NCBI GenBank assembly: GCA_033763315.1
Contig: JANRKS010000008.1
Location: 64,001 to 128,000 of the forward strand
Direction of reading: 5' to 3'
Length of the DNA stretch: 64,000 nucleotides
Origin: Deltaproteobacteria bacterium
GTDB taxonomy: Bacteria > Myxococcota_A > Polyangia > Fen-1088
Part shown: one piece after another, positions 1 through 9,499 of the stretch
Layout: the number at the start of each line of letters is the position of its first letter
Position numbering within the stretch: position 1 is the stretch's first letter
Position numbers and translations under genes: made by a program
The notes under the pieces: generated by a model
Seen by the model: only the letters and a program-made list of their open reading frames with translations
Told to the model about the DNA's origin: nothing
The model's database searches: none

Positions 1-848
1 ACATAGCCGCCGATGCGCACACCAAGCTCCCGCGTGCGCGCCTCAAAATGCACAGCCTCATCCACCGCCGCTTGCGCAGGCGAAGTGACCAGCAAGAACG
101 CCACATCTTTGCTGGCGAAGAACTTTTGCATCTCTTCTTGGTTGCGGGAGAGGTGCGCCAAGATCACTTGAAACAGCGCCAAGAAATCTTGCAGCTCGAT
201 GCGCGCTTCTTTGCCCAGGCCCAAGTCCAAAATTTTGTTGATCACCGCGGTGCCCGCCCGGTGAAAGACGCTGCCTTTCTCGGGCAAAAAGAAGCTGAAG
301 ATGCGCGGATCCAGAAAAGCGTTCGCGCGGCTCGGCGTATCCAAAAAGCGAATCGCGTCGCGCGACGGCGGCGTGTCCAGCACAACCAGATCAAAGCGGT
401 TGTCTTTGACGAAGCCATGCAGCGCCTCAACCGCCGTATACTCATGCATGCCCGCCACCAGGGTGCTGACGTTCTGATACAGGCGGTTGCGGCGCATGCG
501 CGCCGCGGCTTCTGGATCCTTGGTGATGCTGTCCACCACTTGGTCGCAAACCAACTGGGGATCCAACATCCACGCCGAAAGCGCGCCCGGCGGTTTCACA
601 CCCACGGCGGCCAGGCGCTCGGCCGAAAGCGCCACCGGCTCTGTTTGATGAGCCGAAACACCCAACGCTTCCGCCAAACGCCGGCTTGGATCCACGGTGA
701 TGGCCAGCACGCGCAGCCCCAAACGAGCGGCACTGAGCGCCAGCGACGCCGACACAGTTGTTTTGCCCACCCCGCCTGCGCCACAACAAACCAGCACGCG
801 ACGCGAACGCGCGAGCTCTGCGATGCTGAACGCTAACTGATCGGTCAC
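1..848 (-). CDS. ArsA/Get3-like ATPase, 3' end runs off the window
   Basis: Not in the ORF track. Manual translation from GTG 848 gives MTDQLAFSIAELARSRRVLVCCGAGGVGKTTVSASLALSAARLGLRVLAITVDPSRRLAEALG, with a deviant Walker A and the DP switch I. GTGA overlap with the upstream paralog. Confidence 0.88.
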   Translation of the reverse strand, partial: MTDQLAFSIAELARSRRVLVCCGAGGVGKTTVSASLALSAARLGLRVLAITVDPSRRLAEALGVSAHQTEPVALSAERLAAVGVKPPGALSAWMLDPQLVCDQVVDSITKDPEAAARMRRNRLYQNVSTLVAGMHEYTAVEALHGFVKDNRFDLVVLDTPPSRDAIRFLDTPSRANAFLDPRIFSFFLPEKGSVFHRAGTAVINKILDLGLGKEARIELQDFLALFQVILAHLSRNQEEMQKFFASKDVAFLLVTSPAQAAVDEAVHFEARTRELGVRIGGY

Positions 849-1774
849 GAGGCCGCTCCCGGCTCGACGAGCGTCGAGAGCTGCTGCGCCAATCCTTCAC
901 AAGGATCGCCTTGTTGCGGTTGCACTTCGCGCAGCTTCAGTAGCGGCAACCCTGACTCCTGCACCAAGCGGCGTTCCGCTTCGCCCGCCATCAAAATGCG
1001 TTCGAACGCAAAGCGGCCACGCAGCGGTTTAGCGTCCAACCACGCCTGTGCTTGCGCGCGTTCCGCTTCGGTGAAGGGATCATCCAAGAAGCGATTCAAG
1101 ATCACGCCTCCCAGCGGCACTCTGGTGCGACGCAAGCCTTCCACCAGTTCGATGGCTTCACTCACGGGCAAGGGCTCGGGGATCGTCACCACCCAGGCCG
1201 CTGTTTGTTGAGCGTCATAGATGAAGCCCTGGCCGCGCTTCATAGCCGTGGCCACAGGCCCGCGCGGCACGACTCGCAACGCCACATCGGGCAGCGTGGC
1301 CAACGCCAAGGTGTGCCCCGTGGCGGGCATGTCCACCACCACGGCGTTGTAAAGCTGGTTGCGGTGCTTGTCCTCAAGCTGCAGCAAGTGCAAGAAGTGG
1401 TAAAGAATGCCAAGTTCATAAAACGATGGGGCCGCACGCATGAACCGTTGCAGGGGTTTTGATCGCAGGGCCGCGCTCACCAAGGGGCCCGCCGGGATCA
1501 CGGCTCGCGCGAACAACTCGTGCCCTGTGTTCGCCCACAACTGGCAAGCGTCGATCGAGGGCAGCACAGGTTCGGGCTGATCGTTGAGCGTGCGACGGCC
1601 GAAGTATTTGCCCAGCGGCGAGAAACCTTCTTCGGGTTGGCCCGTTTCCACCAACAGCACCCGCCGGCCGGCCCCGGCCAGCGCACGCGCCGCCGCCACG
1701 GACACGATGGTTCGCCCCACCCCTCCTTTGCCGGTGATCAAGTGTATGCGTTGTGAAAAGCTCAACGGATCCAA
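845..1774 (-). CDS. ArsA/Get3-like ATPase
   Basis: Motifs ITGKGGVGRT, VVVDMPATGH, VTIPEPLPVSE and GGVILNR are typical of ArsA-family SIMIBI ATPases. Confidence 0.88.
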   Translation of the reverse strand: MDPLSFSQRIHLITGKGGVGRTIVSVAAARALAGAGRRVLLVETGQPEEGFSPLGKYFGRRTLNDQPEPVLPSIDACQLWANTGHELFARAVIPAGPLVSAALRSKPLQRFMRAAPSFYELGILYHFLHLLQLEDKHRNQLYNAVVVDMPATGHTLALATLPDVALRVVPRGPVATAMKRGQGFIYDAQQTAAWVVTIPEPLPVSEAIELVEGLRRTRVPLGGVILNRFLDDPFTEAERAQAQAWLDAKPLRGRFAFERILMAGEAERRLVQESGLPLLKLREVQPQQGDPCEGLAQQLSTLVEPGAAS

Positions 1775-1879
1775 CGGATATCGTAGCGCGGGGGCGGCCA
1801 GGCTCCAAAACTGGCGTGTCCCTGAAGCTGCAGGTCAAGTCCGCACGGCGGTTTGTGCGGTATTCTTGAGACGTCTTCG

Positions 1880-2734
1880 GTGCACCCCTTGCGCTTTTGT
1901 TCAGCCTTAACCGCTTTGTTGTTGGTCGCAAACGTCGGCGCGGCCGCGGCCGACCACGCCTGGCCCACCACGGCGCACGAGACCCTGGCCGAGCGTTTTG
2001 CGCCGCCCGACGGTTACCGCCGAACCGCCGCGCCCGACGGCAGCTTTGCCGCTTGGTTGCGGCAGCTGCCCGTATTGCCTGGACGCCCGCCGGTAACGCT
2101 GTGGAATGGCCAACCGAAGGGCAACCAAACAGCACACGCCGCTGTGCTGGACATTGATGTGGGTAAACGCGATCTGCAACAGTGCGCGGACGCCGTGATG
2201 CGTTTGCGTGCCGAGTATCTCAAGGCCGCGGGTAAACCATCCAAGATCTGCTTTCACTTAAGCGATGGCAGCCTCGCGGCGTGGACCGACTGGCAAATCG
2301 GCTATCGTCCGCGCATGCAAGGCAAGCGAATGCAATTCGTGCGCACGGCCGCCGCCAACAGTTCTTACAAGGCGTTTCGCCAATACCTCGACCTGGTGTT
2401 TTCTTACGCGGGTTCGATGTCGCTCAGCCGGGAGCTCTCGCGCGTTCCCACCGTGCGCAACATCGAAGCGGGTGATGTGTTCGTCAAAGGTGGTTTTCCA
2501 GGCCACGCGGTGATCGTTCTTGATGTGGCTGAACGTGACGATGGCGAACGTGTGTTCTTATTGGCTCAAAGCTACATGCCAGCACAACAGATCCACGTGT
2601 TACGCAACCCCAACGATGCTTCGGCGTGGTACCACACCAGCGATGAAGCGCCTCTGCTGACCCCCGAGTGGGCATTCGCGCCGGTCTCGTTGCATCGCTT
2701 CCCCAACCGAAACTGCGAGTCAAACGCACGGTGA
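1880..2734 (+). CDS. DUF4846 domain-containing exported protein
   Basis: Signal peptide, plus RF.PP.GY.R, DLQQCADAVMRLRAEY, GGFPGHAVIV and LAQSYMPAQ motifs recalled for DUF4846. Start uncertain (1853-1880). Confidence 0.8.
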   Translation: MHPLRFCSALTALLLVANVGAAAADHAWPTTAHETLAERFAPPDGYRRTAAPDGSFAAWLRQLPVLPGRPPVTLWNGQPKGNQTAHAAVLDIDVGKRDLQQCADAVMRLRAEYLKAAGKPSKICFHLSDGSLAAWTDWQIGYRPRMQGKRMQFVRTAAANSSYKAFRQYLDLVFSYAGSMSLSRELSRVPTVRNIEAGDVFVKGGFPGHAVIVLDVAERDDGERVFLLAQSYMPAQQIHVLRNPNDASAWYHTSDEAPLLTPEWAFAPVSLHRFPNRNCESNAR

Positions 2735-3477
2735 GGGTTGTCGGCCTGCTGGTGCTGCTTTCGTGCTCCGCGGTGGCACGCGCGGAAGCGCCACCCGCGG
2801 CATTGGGTTGCCTCGCTGGGCACTACGGCCTTCGCAGTGTTTATGAGCGAAACGCCTGGCATCTTGAGTTGCCGTCGGGCGCGCGTGTGCCCTACGACGA
2901 TGGCGCCGCAAAGACCTTCGCGCAGATGTTGGATGCGCCTGACGTGCAAGACACCCTTGCTTTACACTACGAGCCTGGTCAGCTGACTCCCGTGATGAAC
3001 GTGGATTTTGATCCGGGCCGCGTTCGCGTCGAGCGTTTGTTCGCGGAGGTCTATGGCCGGCGCGAAGATCTCGTTACCGTGAAATGGTTCGGCCAGAGCG
3101 TGCGCGTGCACAAACGTGTGCTGGTGCCGCTGCAACAAGTGGAGGCTTCGTTGCAACCGGCGCTGACGCAAACACCAGCGTTGTGGAAGTATGTGCGACC
3201 GCTGGGTGGTGGCTACAACGCTCGTCGCATCGCTGGGACGGCGCGCACCAGTGCCCATGCTTATGGCATCGCGATCGACTTAAACGTGCGCTTCGCAAAC
3301 TATTGGCAATGGGACAAGCCCCCCGGGCGTCGCTGGCGCAACCAATTGCCCGAGGTGATCGTTGATGCCTTTGAGGCCGCCGGGTTCATCTGGGGCGGAC
3401 GCTGGTACCACTACGACACCATGCACTTCGAGTACCGCCCCGAATTGCTGGATCCAGCCTGCCACCTTACGAACTAG
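2731..3477 (+). CDS. M15 family zinc metallopeptidase (D-Ala-D-Ala carboxypeptidase-like)
   Basis: Motifs R...SAHAYGIAIDLN (SxHxxGxAxD) and WGGRWYHYDTMHFEY. Signal peptide. GTGA overlap with the DUF4846 gene. Confidence 0.85.
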   Translation: MRVVGLLVLLSCSAVARAEAPPAALGCLAGHYGLRSVYERNAWHLELPSGARVPYDDGAAKTFAQMLDAPDVQDTLALHYEPGQLTPVMNVDFDPGRVRVERLFAEVYGRREDLVTVKWFGQSVRVHKRVLVPLQQVEASLQPALTQTPALWKYVRPLGGGYNARRIAGTARTSAHAYGIAIDLNVRFANYWQWDKPPGRRWRNQLPEVIVDAFEAAGFIWGGRWYHYDTMHFEYRPELLDPACHLTN

Positions 3478-4477
3478 ATGGTGGCGCGAAACCAAACGCG
3501 AACGCTTCGACGTTGGTTTGGCTCACGCGGGAGTATTTGCTGCCATCTGCCGAGCGAAAAATGCCGCCCCCACCCAAATCTGGTGTGAAAGCACGAAACC
3601 AAAAGCCCTGCCCCCAAGCGCCGTTTCCGGGCACGCCACAAGACGCGCGGCTTTTGATTTCATCCATGCATGAAGCCGCATCGGTCATGCCGTTCCACCG
3701 GGTCCAGGCCAAGCCATCTTTCGATTCAAAGACTTGCTTTGCGTCACCAAACGCAGCGAACTTCCCGCCACCAAAGACGACTTTGGGGTGGCCGCCACTT
3801 TCAAAGCGACCGCCCCTTCTCCAGGTAAGGCCGTCCGATGACACATAGGCATTCGAGCCGCATGTGGCGATGAAAATGCCATTGCCAAACGCAAGCCCAT
3901 CTACGATGCCACCGCCACACGGATGTTGTTGTTGCTGCTTCCACGTGATGCCGTCCGTCGACGTCAGATACTTCCAGCCACCCGTGGCCCACAGGCCCTT
4001 GCCGTAGGCAACTGCGCGCAACAGGTTTTCGTCGTCACCACCGGAGGGCGCCAACTGGGTGAGGTTCTTCCACGTCAGCCCCGTGTCGGTGGAGCGAATG
4101 CGTACGCCCGCGTAGCCCACGCCAACGATGGCGGGGACCCATCCCGCCGGCACGTCACCTTGAGAAACACGCGCGTCAACCGACGCACCACCACCACCCG
4201 TAGCCATTCCGCCATCGCGGCTTTGCATACCGGCATCGGTCATGTCGCCCCCAGCGCCGCCTGACACTTGCGTTGATGCGCCTGCGGCACCGCCCACACT
4301 GCCACCTGCCGCGTTACCGCCCGTTTGCCCTCCCGAGCCTCGGTCCACAGAGGTTGCGCCAGCGTCTTCTTCACCATCGTCGGAAGACGCGCCCCCAGAA
4401 TCAAGTTCAGCCGTGCACGCCACCGCAAGCGTGGCGAAGGAAAGAGACATCAACCGTAGACGCGCCCGTAACTGCAT
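3467..4477 (-). CDS. Gly-rich lipoprotein with Asp-box (BNR-like) repeats
   Basis: Lipobox LAVAC, Gly/Ala/Ser linker, repeated S-x-D-G-x-T-W (STDGITW, SSDGLTW, SKDGLAW, SADG). Confidence 0.7.
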   Translation of the reverse strand: MQLRARLRLMSLSFATLAVACTAELDSGGASSDDGEEDAGATSVDRGSGGQTGGNAAGGSVGGAAGASTQVSGGAGGDMTDAGMQSRDGGMATGGGGASVDARVSQGDVPAGWVPAIVGVGYAGVRIRSTDTGLTWKNLTQLAPSGGDDENLLRAVAYGKGLWATGGWKYLTSTDGITWKQQQQHPCGGGIVDGLAFGNGIFIATCGSNAYVSSDGLTWRRGGRFESGGHPKVVFGGGKFAAFGDAKQVFESKDGLAWTRWNGMTDAASCMDEIKSRASCGVPGNGAWGQGFWFRAFTPDLGGGGIFRSADGSKYSRVSQTNVEAFAFGFAPPSSS

Positions 4478-4701
4478 GGGTGCCTGCTTTGAAGGGGCCA
4501 AGGAAAAGCTTGGGGTCTGATTATCCACAAGCGTTCGCCGTCCTGCCAGCACAGCATGTGTAAACTTTTGGTCAGGCCGGCTGCTTCGAACGTCACGCAG
4601 CCGAATACGCCCGTGGCTTGCCGCAAAAGTCGATTGTGTGAGCCGGTTTCAGACGTCCGCGGCAGTCCGTGAAGAACTTGGTTCGTTCTGGAGGCCGTTT
4701 T

Positions 4702-6837
4702 ATGTCACGTCGTCATGGTTTCTTTATCGTTGCGTTGTGCTTTACGACGATTGTTTGTGCGCGCGCCAGCCACGCCCAATACGGCAGCAGCTTTGCGCTG
4801 CCCGAGGACGCACCGAAAGCCAATGTGCGTGACTTCGGCGCCAAAGGTGACGGCACTACGGACGATACGGCCGCCATCAAGACGGCGATCGCTTCGACCT
4901 ATGCGGCCTGGGAGGCCATCTACCTTCCCGCGGGCACCTACTTGGTTTCGGATTCCATCGACGTTGGCCGCTTCTTGACGATTCGGGGAGATGGCACGGG
5001 CAAGACAATCATAAAGCTGAAGAACAACGCCAGTGGCTATGGTGATCGCAACAAACCGAAATTTGTGTTGCGGGCGATATTGGCCGCCGACGTCACATCT
5101 CACAACAACACCACCCACAGCGTTCACTTCATGCACTTCACCGTCGATGTTGGTGCAGGCAACCCGGGCGCTGTGGCCGTGGACTTCATGGCTCACAACG
5201 GTGGTGGCATCGAGGACGTGGCGCTCAAAGCCCCCGCAGGCTCTGGAAGCATGGGTATCTCGCTGCTGCGGGACGCAAACGGGCCGTCGCTGTTTTCGCG
5301 CATAAACATCAGCGGATTTGACACAGGCATAGCGATCGCGGGCGGCGTTTACGGCACCGTCTTTGAGCACGTGACGCTGACAGGGCAAAAGGTTGTGGGC
5401 ATCAAGAACGATCAGCACCCTTTGACGATGCGTGACCTGATGAGCACGAATCAAGTGCCCGCCATCCACAGCGAAGCCCCGGAATATGGCATGTTGGTGT
5501 TGCTTGATTCACGCCTCGAAGGCGGCGCGACAGGCAGTGCAGCCGTGGAAGCCACGGGCTCTTACTTGATTCGCGATCTGCGCGTGCAGGGCTACGGGTT
5601 TGCGCTTAAAAGCGGCAACACCACCGTGCCAGGGCCCACGATCGATGAACGCACCTCCAGCCCAATCCGTGTGTCCGGTGCGTCGAAGGCGGCAACGTTG
5701 CGGATGCCCATTAAAGAGCCGCCGGAGAGCGCTTGGGATGCGCCCTCGTCTTGGCAAAGTGTGAGGGCATTTGAGAACCTCGTAAAAAACGGTGATTGGA
5801 CGCCTGCCATTCAAGCAGCCATCGATGCGGGCAAGCCAACGGTTTATTTCCCCAACAACACACATTCACCCTACCCATGCAAAGGTGATGTGCATCTGCG
5901 CGGCGCTGTTCGTCGGCTGATCGGCATGGAAGCCAATCTAGATCAGGGACGCTTGATCATCGACGGCACCGATGCGAAAGCCGTCTATTACATCGAACAA
6001 GTGCGTGCCGATGGTGGCTTCATCCACGCGTCGCCAGCCACGGTGGTGCTGCGCCGATCCTTGGGCGGCTCTGTGACCACCAAACCAGGAGCGGGCGATT
6101 TGTTTGTGGACGACTGGTGCTGCGGCAACTTCGTGGTGGATCATTCCAACGTGTGGGCGCGGCAACTGAACGAAGAATCGCTGACCACCAAACTGCAAGT
6201 CAACGGCGGCCGTCTGTGGATCTTAGGTTTGAAGACCGAACAATTCGGCACTGTGGGACGATTTCAGAACGGTGCTGCCGTGGAGATTTTAGGGGGCCTG
6301 ATCTATCCGGCCCAAGGCAAGCCCACAACGCCTGCGTATGTGAACGAAGACAGTTTTTTCACCGCGTTTCATCGCGAGATCGGCAATGGGTATGCCACGT
6401 TCGATCGCGAAACCCGCAACGGCAAAACGACTGACGTGAACCCATCCTTCACGCAAGGAACAATGTTCACCTCGAGTGAGGGCTGGACCGGCGCGGTGGC
6501 ACCAGGCACGGGCGGCGCAGGCGGCAGTAGCAACACAGCAGGCGCAGGCGGCAGCAGCAACACAGCAGGCGCAGGCGGCAACAACGCAGGCCGAGGCGGC
6601 AGTGGCGGCAATCGCAGCAACGGGGGCCGAGGAGGCAATGACGGCGGACCGCCTGCGGGTGGTGTTGGCGGCGACGTGTCAAATACCGCCGGCACGGATG
6701 GCAACCCCGACGACGACGTCGAGGCCCAATCCAGCAATGGTTGCCAGATCGGCTCTCACGCACACAGCTGGGCAACGCCATTCGTGGCCTTGCTGCTGTT
6801 GTGCATCCGGCGCCGACGGCTCACACGTCGTTCGTAA
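4702..6837 (+). CDS. Secreted beta-helix glycan-active protein (pectate_lyase_3/GH55/GH28-related) with MYXO-CTERM-like anchor
   Basis: NVRDFGAKGDGTTDDTAAI..IYLPAGTYLVS, a second DWTPAIQAAID..VYFP repeat, a Gly-rich linker, and C-terminal GC..(hydrophobic)..RRRR. Confidence 0.8.
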   Translation: MSRRHGFFIVALCFTTIVCARASHAQYGSSFALPEDAPKANVRDFGAKGDGTTDDTAAIKTAIASTYAAWEAIYLPAGTYLVSDSIDVGRFLTIRGDGTGKTIIKLKNNASGYGDRNKPKFVLRAILAADVTSHNNTTHSVHFMHFTVDVGAGNPGAVAVDFMAHNGGGIEDVALKAPAGSGSMGISLLRDANGPSLFSRINISGFDTGIAIAGGVYGTVFEHVTLTGQKVVGIKNDQHPLTMRDLMSTNQVPAIHSEAPEYGMLVLLDSRLEGGATGSAAVEATGSYLIRDLRVQGYGFALKSGNTTVPGPTIDERTSSPIRVSGASKAATLRMPIKEPPESAWDAPSSWQSVRAFENLVKNGDWTPAIQAAIDAGKPTVYFPNNTHSPYPCKGDVHLRGAVRRLIGMEANLDQGRLIIDGTDAKAVYYIEQVRADGGFIHASPATVVLRRSLGGSVTTKPGAGDLFVDDWCCGNFVVDHSNVWARQLNEESLTTKLQVNGGRLWILGLKTEQFGTVGRFQNGAAVEILGGLIYPAQGKPTTPAYVNEDSFFTAFHREIGNGYATFDRETRNGKTTDVNPSFTQGTMFTSSEGWTGAVAPGTGGAGGSSNTAGAGGSSNTAGAGGNNAGRGGSGGNRSNGGRGGNDGGPPAGGVGGDVSNTAGTDGNPDDDVEAQSSNGCQIGSHAHSWATPFVALLLLCIRRRRLTRRS
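6514..6588 (+). repeat. 27-bp tandem repeat (about 2.8 copies) encoding the GAGGSSNTA linker
   Basis: ggcgcaggcggcagtagcaacacagca / ggcgcaggcggcagcagcaacacagca / ggcgcaggcggcaacaacgca. Confidence 0.9.
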
Positions 6838-7414
6838 ACAGTCCGGTGGCGAGTTTCATGATGTGCTTCGCCACATCCACGGGCCAAGCGCGGATCAGCG
6901 ACAAGAATTTGAACTCCTCGCTCGCATACAACGCACGCGTGGCTTCTTCGAACCCGGGCAGATCACCCGCCATGGTGGCCATGAATCGATAAGTGGCATC
7001 GCGGGCGATCCGCTTCTCATCGGCGGTGGCATGCGTGCGACGCGCTTCATCCACCAAGCGGCGCAAAGCCACAGACGCGCCGCCGCGCTGCCGGCTGAGC
7101 CACTCCCAGTGGCGCGGCAACAACGTCACCTCGCGGGCCACCACCCCCAATTTGGGCCGGCCTGGTCCACGGGCGACCTCGGCAGGTGCATGCCCCCGCT
7201 GACGCCGCTCCAAACGCGCCCGAACGTCTTCCACAGTCCCGCGAAAATCCACCTCCACAGGCTCACTGGTGCGGGCGTTCAGCAGCAACACATTGGTCAA
7301 ATGGTGGACGTCGATCACGTGTTTTGCAGCCAACGCCACCGCTGTCAGCGTCCCCGAGGCGATCTCGTCCATGCCCGCAAAAGCGATCACCTCAAGCTCT
7401 TCGTTGGATTCCAT
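6821..7414 (-). CDS. DUF2239 family protein
   Basis: Signature RGPGRPKLGVVAREVTLLPRHWEWL..GGASVALRRLVDEAR..AGDLPGFEEATRALY. Confidence 0.88.
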   Translation of the reverse strand: MESNEELEVIAFAGMDEIASGTLTAVALAAKHVIDVHHLTNVLLLNARTSEPVEVDFRGTVEDVRARLERRQRGHAPAEVARGPGRPKLGVVAREVTLLPRHWEWLSRQRGGASVALRRLVDEARRTHATADEKRIARDATYRFMATMAGDLPGFEEATRALYASEEFKFLSLIRAWPVDVAKHIMKLATGLFTNDV

Positions 7415-7420
7415 TCCCTA

Positions 7421-7466
7421 ATAATACCCGGATAAAACACAGCGGCAATATTACCCGGGTGTTTTT
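7421..7466. promoter_or_regulatory. Two AT-flanked near-palindromic TACCCGGRT boxes (candidate operator)
   Basis: AATACCCGGATAAA and ATTACCCGGGTGTT, with cores 27 bp apart, immediately upstream of the DUF2239 start. Confidence 0.5.
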
Positions 7467-7540
7467 GCACGACGCTACGCATTTGTAACATGACTTTATA
7501 GCTGGTGCCCCTAGCCCATGCACGTTACGCTCTGCCCGCA

Positions 7541-9499
7541 ATGGGTACAGTCCAGCACACAAATGAAGGTGGTGGCGAGGTCGAGACGCTGCGGGAACAG
7601 GTCCTGGAGCTGCAGACCAAACTGGCACGTGCAGAAGCGGCGTTTGTGTTGGTCCACTCGGTGGACGTGATGTTTGAGGGGCTCCAGGTGGTGGGTCGAG
7701 ACTGGCGGTATCTCTATGTGAACGAGACAGCCGCGCGCCACGGGCGCACATCACCCCATCAGCTGCTTGGGCGCACGATGATGGAGGCCTACCCGGGCAT
7801 CGAAAACACGCCACTGTTCGTTACGCTGCGCGAGTGCATGACCGAGGGCGTGTCGCGGAAGCTGGAAAACGAATTTCAGTATCCTGATCTCAGCCAAGGG
7901 TGGTTTGAGCTGCGCATCGAAGCTGTGCCCGAAGGGCTGCTGATCCTTTCGTCTGAAATCACCGAACGCAAACAAGCCGAGCTCGCGTTGCTCCGTAGCC
8001 GCGAAGATCTGGCCACCACGCTTGAGTGCCTGGCCGACGGCGTGATCACAATCGACATTTCGTCGCGTGTTTTGACCATGAACCCTGCCGCCGAGCGACT
8101 GTTGGGCGTCAACCTTGCCGCGGCGGCGGGCAAAGATCTGAAAGATCTCCTGCGCCTTTATGACGCCACCACCAACCAGTCTGTGGATCTGATTTCGCCA
8201 TCAAGCGAACGACGCATTCTTTCGCAAAGCGCGGTTGTGCACGGTCCAGACGACAAGCGCACGCCCGTGTTGGCCAGCCGCGCATCGCTGTGCGATTTTT
8301 CGGGCAAGGTGCGTGGCACCGTGATCGCGCTTCACGACGTGGCCCGCGAGCAAGCGCTGCAGCTGCAACTGCAACATTCGCAGAAGCTTGAGGCCCTCGG
8401 GCGGTTGGCCGGTGGCATCGCACACGATTTCAACAACGCGCTGTCGGTGATCTTAACCTTAAGCCATTTATTGGAGGAAGAAGTGGCACAGACCGCCTCC
8501 GCGCGCCGGGATGTGCGGCAGATAGGGCTATCGGCAGAGCACGCCGCCGGGCTCACCAAGCAGTTGCTCGCGTTCAGCCGGCAGCAGGTGATGAAGCCTG
8601 AGCTTCTGGATGTGAACACGTTGCTGTCATCCATGATCTCGCTGTTCGCGCGTGTGTTGCCCAGCAACATTCAGACGGAGGGGCGGCTGGCACCAAACCT
8701 TCATCGCGTGCGTGTTGACCGAGGCCAGATGGAACAGGTGATCATGAATCTGGCACTCAACGCCGTGGACGCCATGCCCGACGGCGGCCGCCTCACGCTA
8801 TCTACAGCCAACGCCGATCTAGATGACGCGTACGCCGCGGACCACGTGGGCGTGGCACCGGGGCACTATGTGTTGCTTTGCATCTGCGACTCCGGGCAGG
8901 GCATGGATCCACAGACGCAAGCGAAGATCTTCGAGCCGTTCTTCACAACAAAGACCACCGGCAAGGGCACGGGCCTGGGCTTGGCCACGGTTTATGGCAT
9001 CGTGAAACAAAGCGGCGGCAACGTGTGGCTTTACAGCGAACTCGGCAAGGGCACCACCTTCAAGATCTACTTGCCAGGCGACAATGATGAGATCATGCCG
9101 CAACCCGCGCCCGTACCTTTGCAGCGGCGGGGCAACGAAATGATTTTGCTCGTTGAAGATGACGACCTTGTGCGTGCAGCCGCCACCCGCATCTTGACGA
9201 TGACCGGTTATAAAGTGTTGCCTGCGCCCGACGTCGACACGGCGCATGCGCTTTTCAACGTCCACAAAGACGCCATTGATCTGCTTTTGTGTGACGTGTT
9301 TTTGCAGGGCGCCGAAGCCAAAGACGTGGTTCGAGACTTGGTGGCACAGCGGCCCCAGATGCGCGTGGTGTTCATGTCCGGCTACAGCGCAGACACGTTG
9401 GTGCATCAAAAGCGCATGGATCCGAACGTGCGCTACATTGAAAAGCCGTTTACGCCAAAGTCGCTTGCGGCTCAGGTCCGCGATGCACTCGATTCGTAG
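7541..9499 (+). CDS. Cytoplasmic hybrid sensor kinase (PAS-PAS-HisKA-HATPase-REC)
   Basis: H box [11 protein letters not shown] box [27 protein letters not shown]. Receiver LLVEDD..LLCDV..KPF. Confidence 0.92.
   Translation: MGTVQHTNEGGGEVETLREQVLELQTKLARAEAAFVLVHSVDVMFEGLQVVGRDWRYLYVNETAARHGRTSPHQLLGRTMMEAYPGIENTPLFVTLRECMTEGVSRKLENEFQYPDLSQGWFELRIEAVPEGLLILSSEITERKQAELALLRSREDLATTLECLADGVITIDISSRVLTMNPAAERLLGVNLAAAAGKDLKDLLRLYDATTNQSVDLISPSSERRILSQSAVVHGPDDKRTPVLASRASLCDFSGKVRGTVIALHDVAREQALQLQLQHSQKLEALGRLAGGIAHDFNNALSVILTLSHLLEEEVAQTASARRDVRQIGLSAEHAAGLTKQLLAFSRQQVMKPELLDVNTLLSSMISLFARVLPSNIQTEGRLAPNLHRVRVDRGQMEQVIMNLALNAVDAMPDGGRLTLSTANADLDDAYAADHVGVAPGHYVLLCICDSGQGMDPQTQAKIFEPFFTTKTTGKGTGLGLATVYGIVKQSGGNVWLYSELGKGTTFKIYLPGDNDEIMPQPAPVPLQRRGNEMILLVEDDDLVRAAATRILTMTGYKVLPAPDVDTAHALFNVHKDAIDLLLCDVFLQGAEAKDVVRDLVAQRPQMRVVFMSGYSADTLVHQKRMDPNVRYIEKPFTPKSLAAQVRDALDS

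Noticed and set aside
48-836. Long + strand ORF, and similar ones at 11145-12545, 41521-42642 and 49664-50845
   Set aside because: Antisense shadows of well-supported genes, typical of high-GC DNA. They carry no motifs of their own.
1-1774. Arsenic resistance operon
   Set aside because: No arsB, acr3, arsC, arsR or arsD in the visible neighbourhood, and the proteins are the split single-domain type. The region left of the window is not visible.
4639-4667. TGAGCC upstream of the beta-helix gene as a third ECF promoter
   Set aside because: After a 16-bp spacer the sequence is GGCAGTC, not CGTCT. It might serve a paralogous sigma, but this is unsupported.
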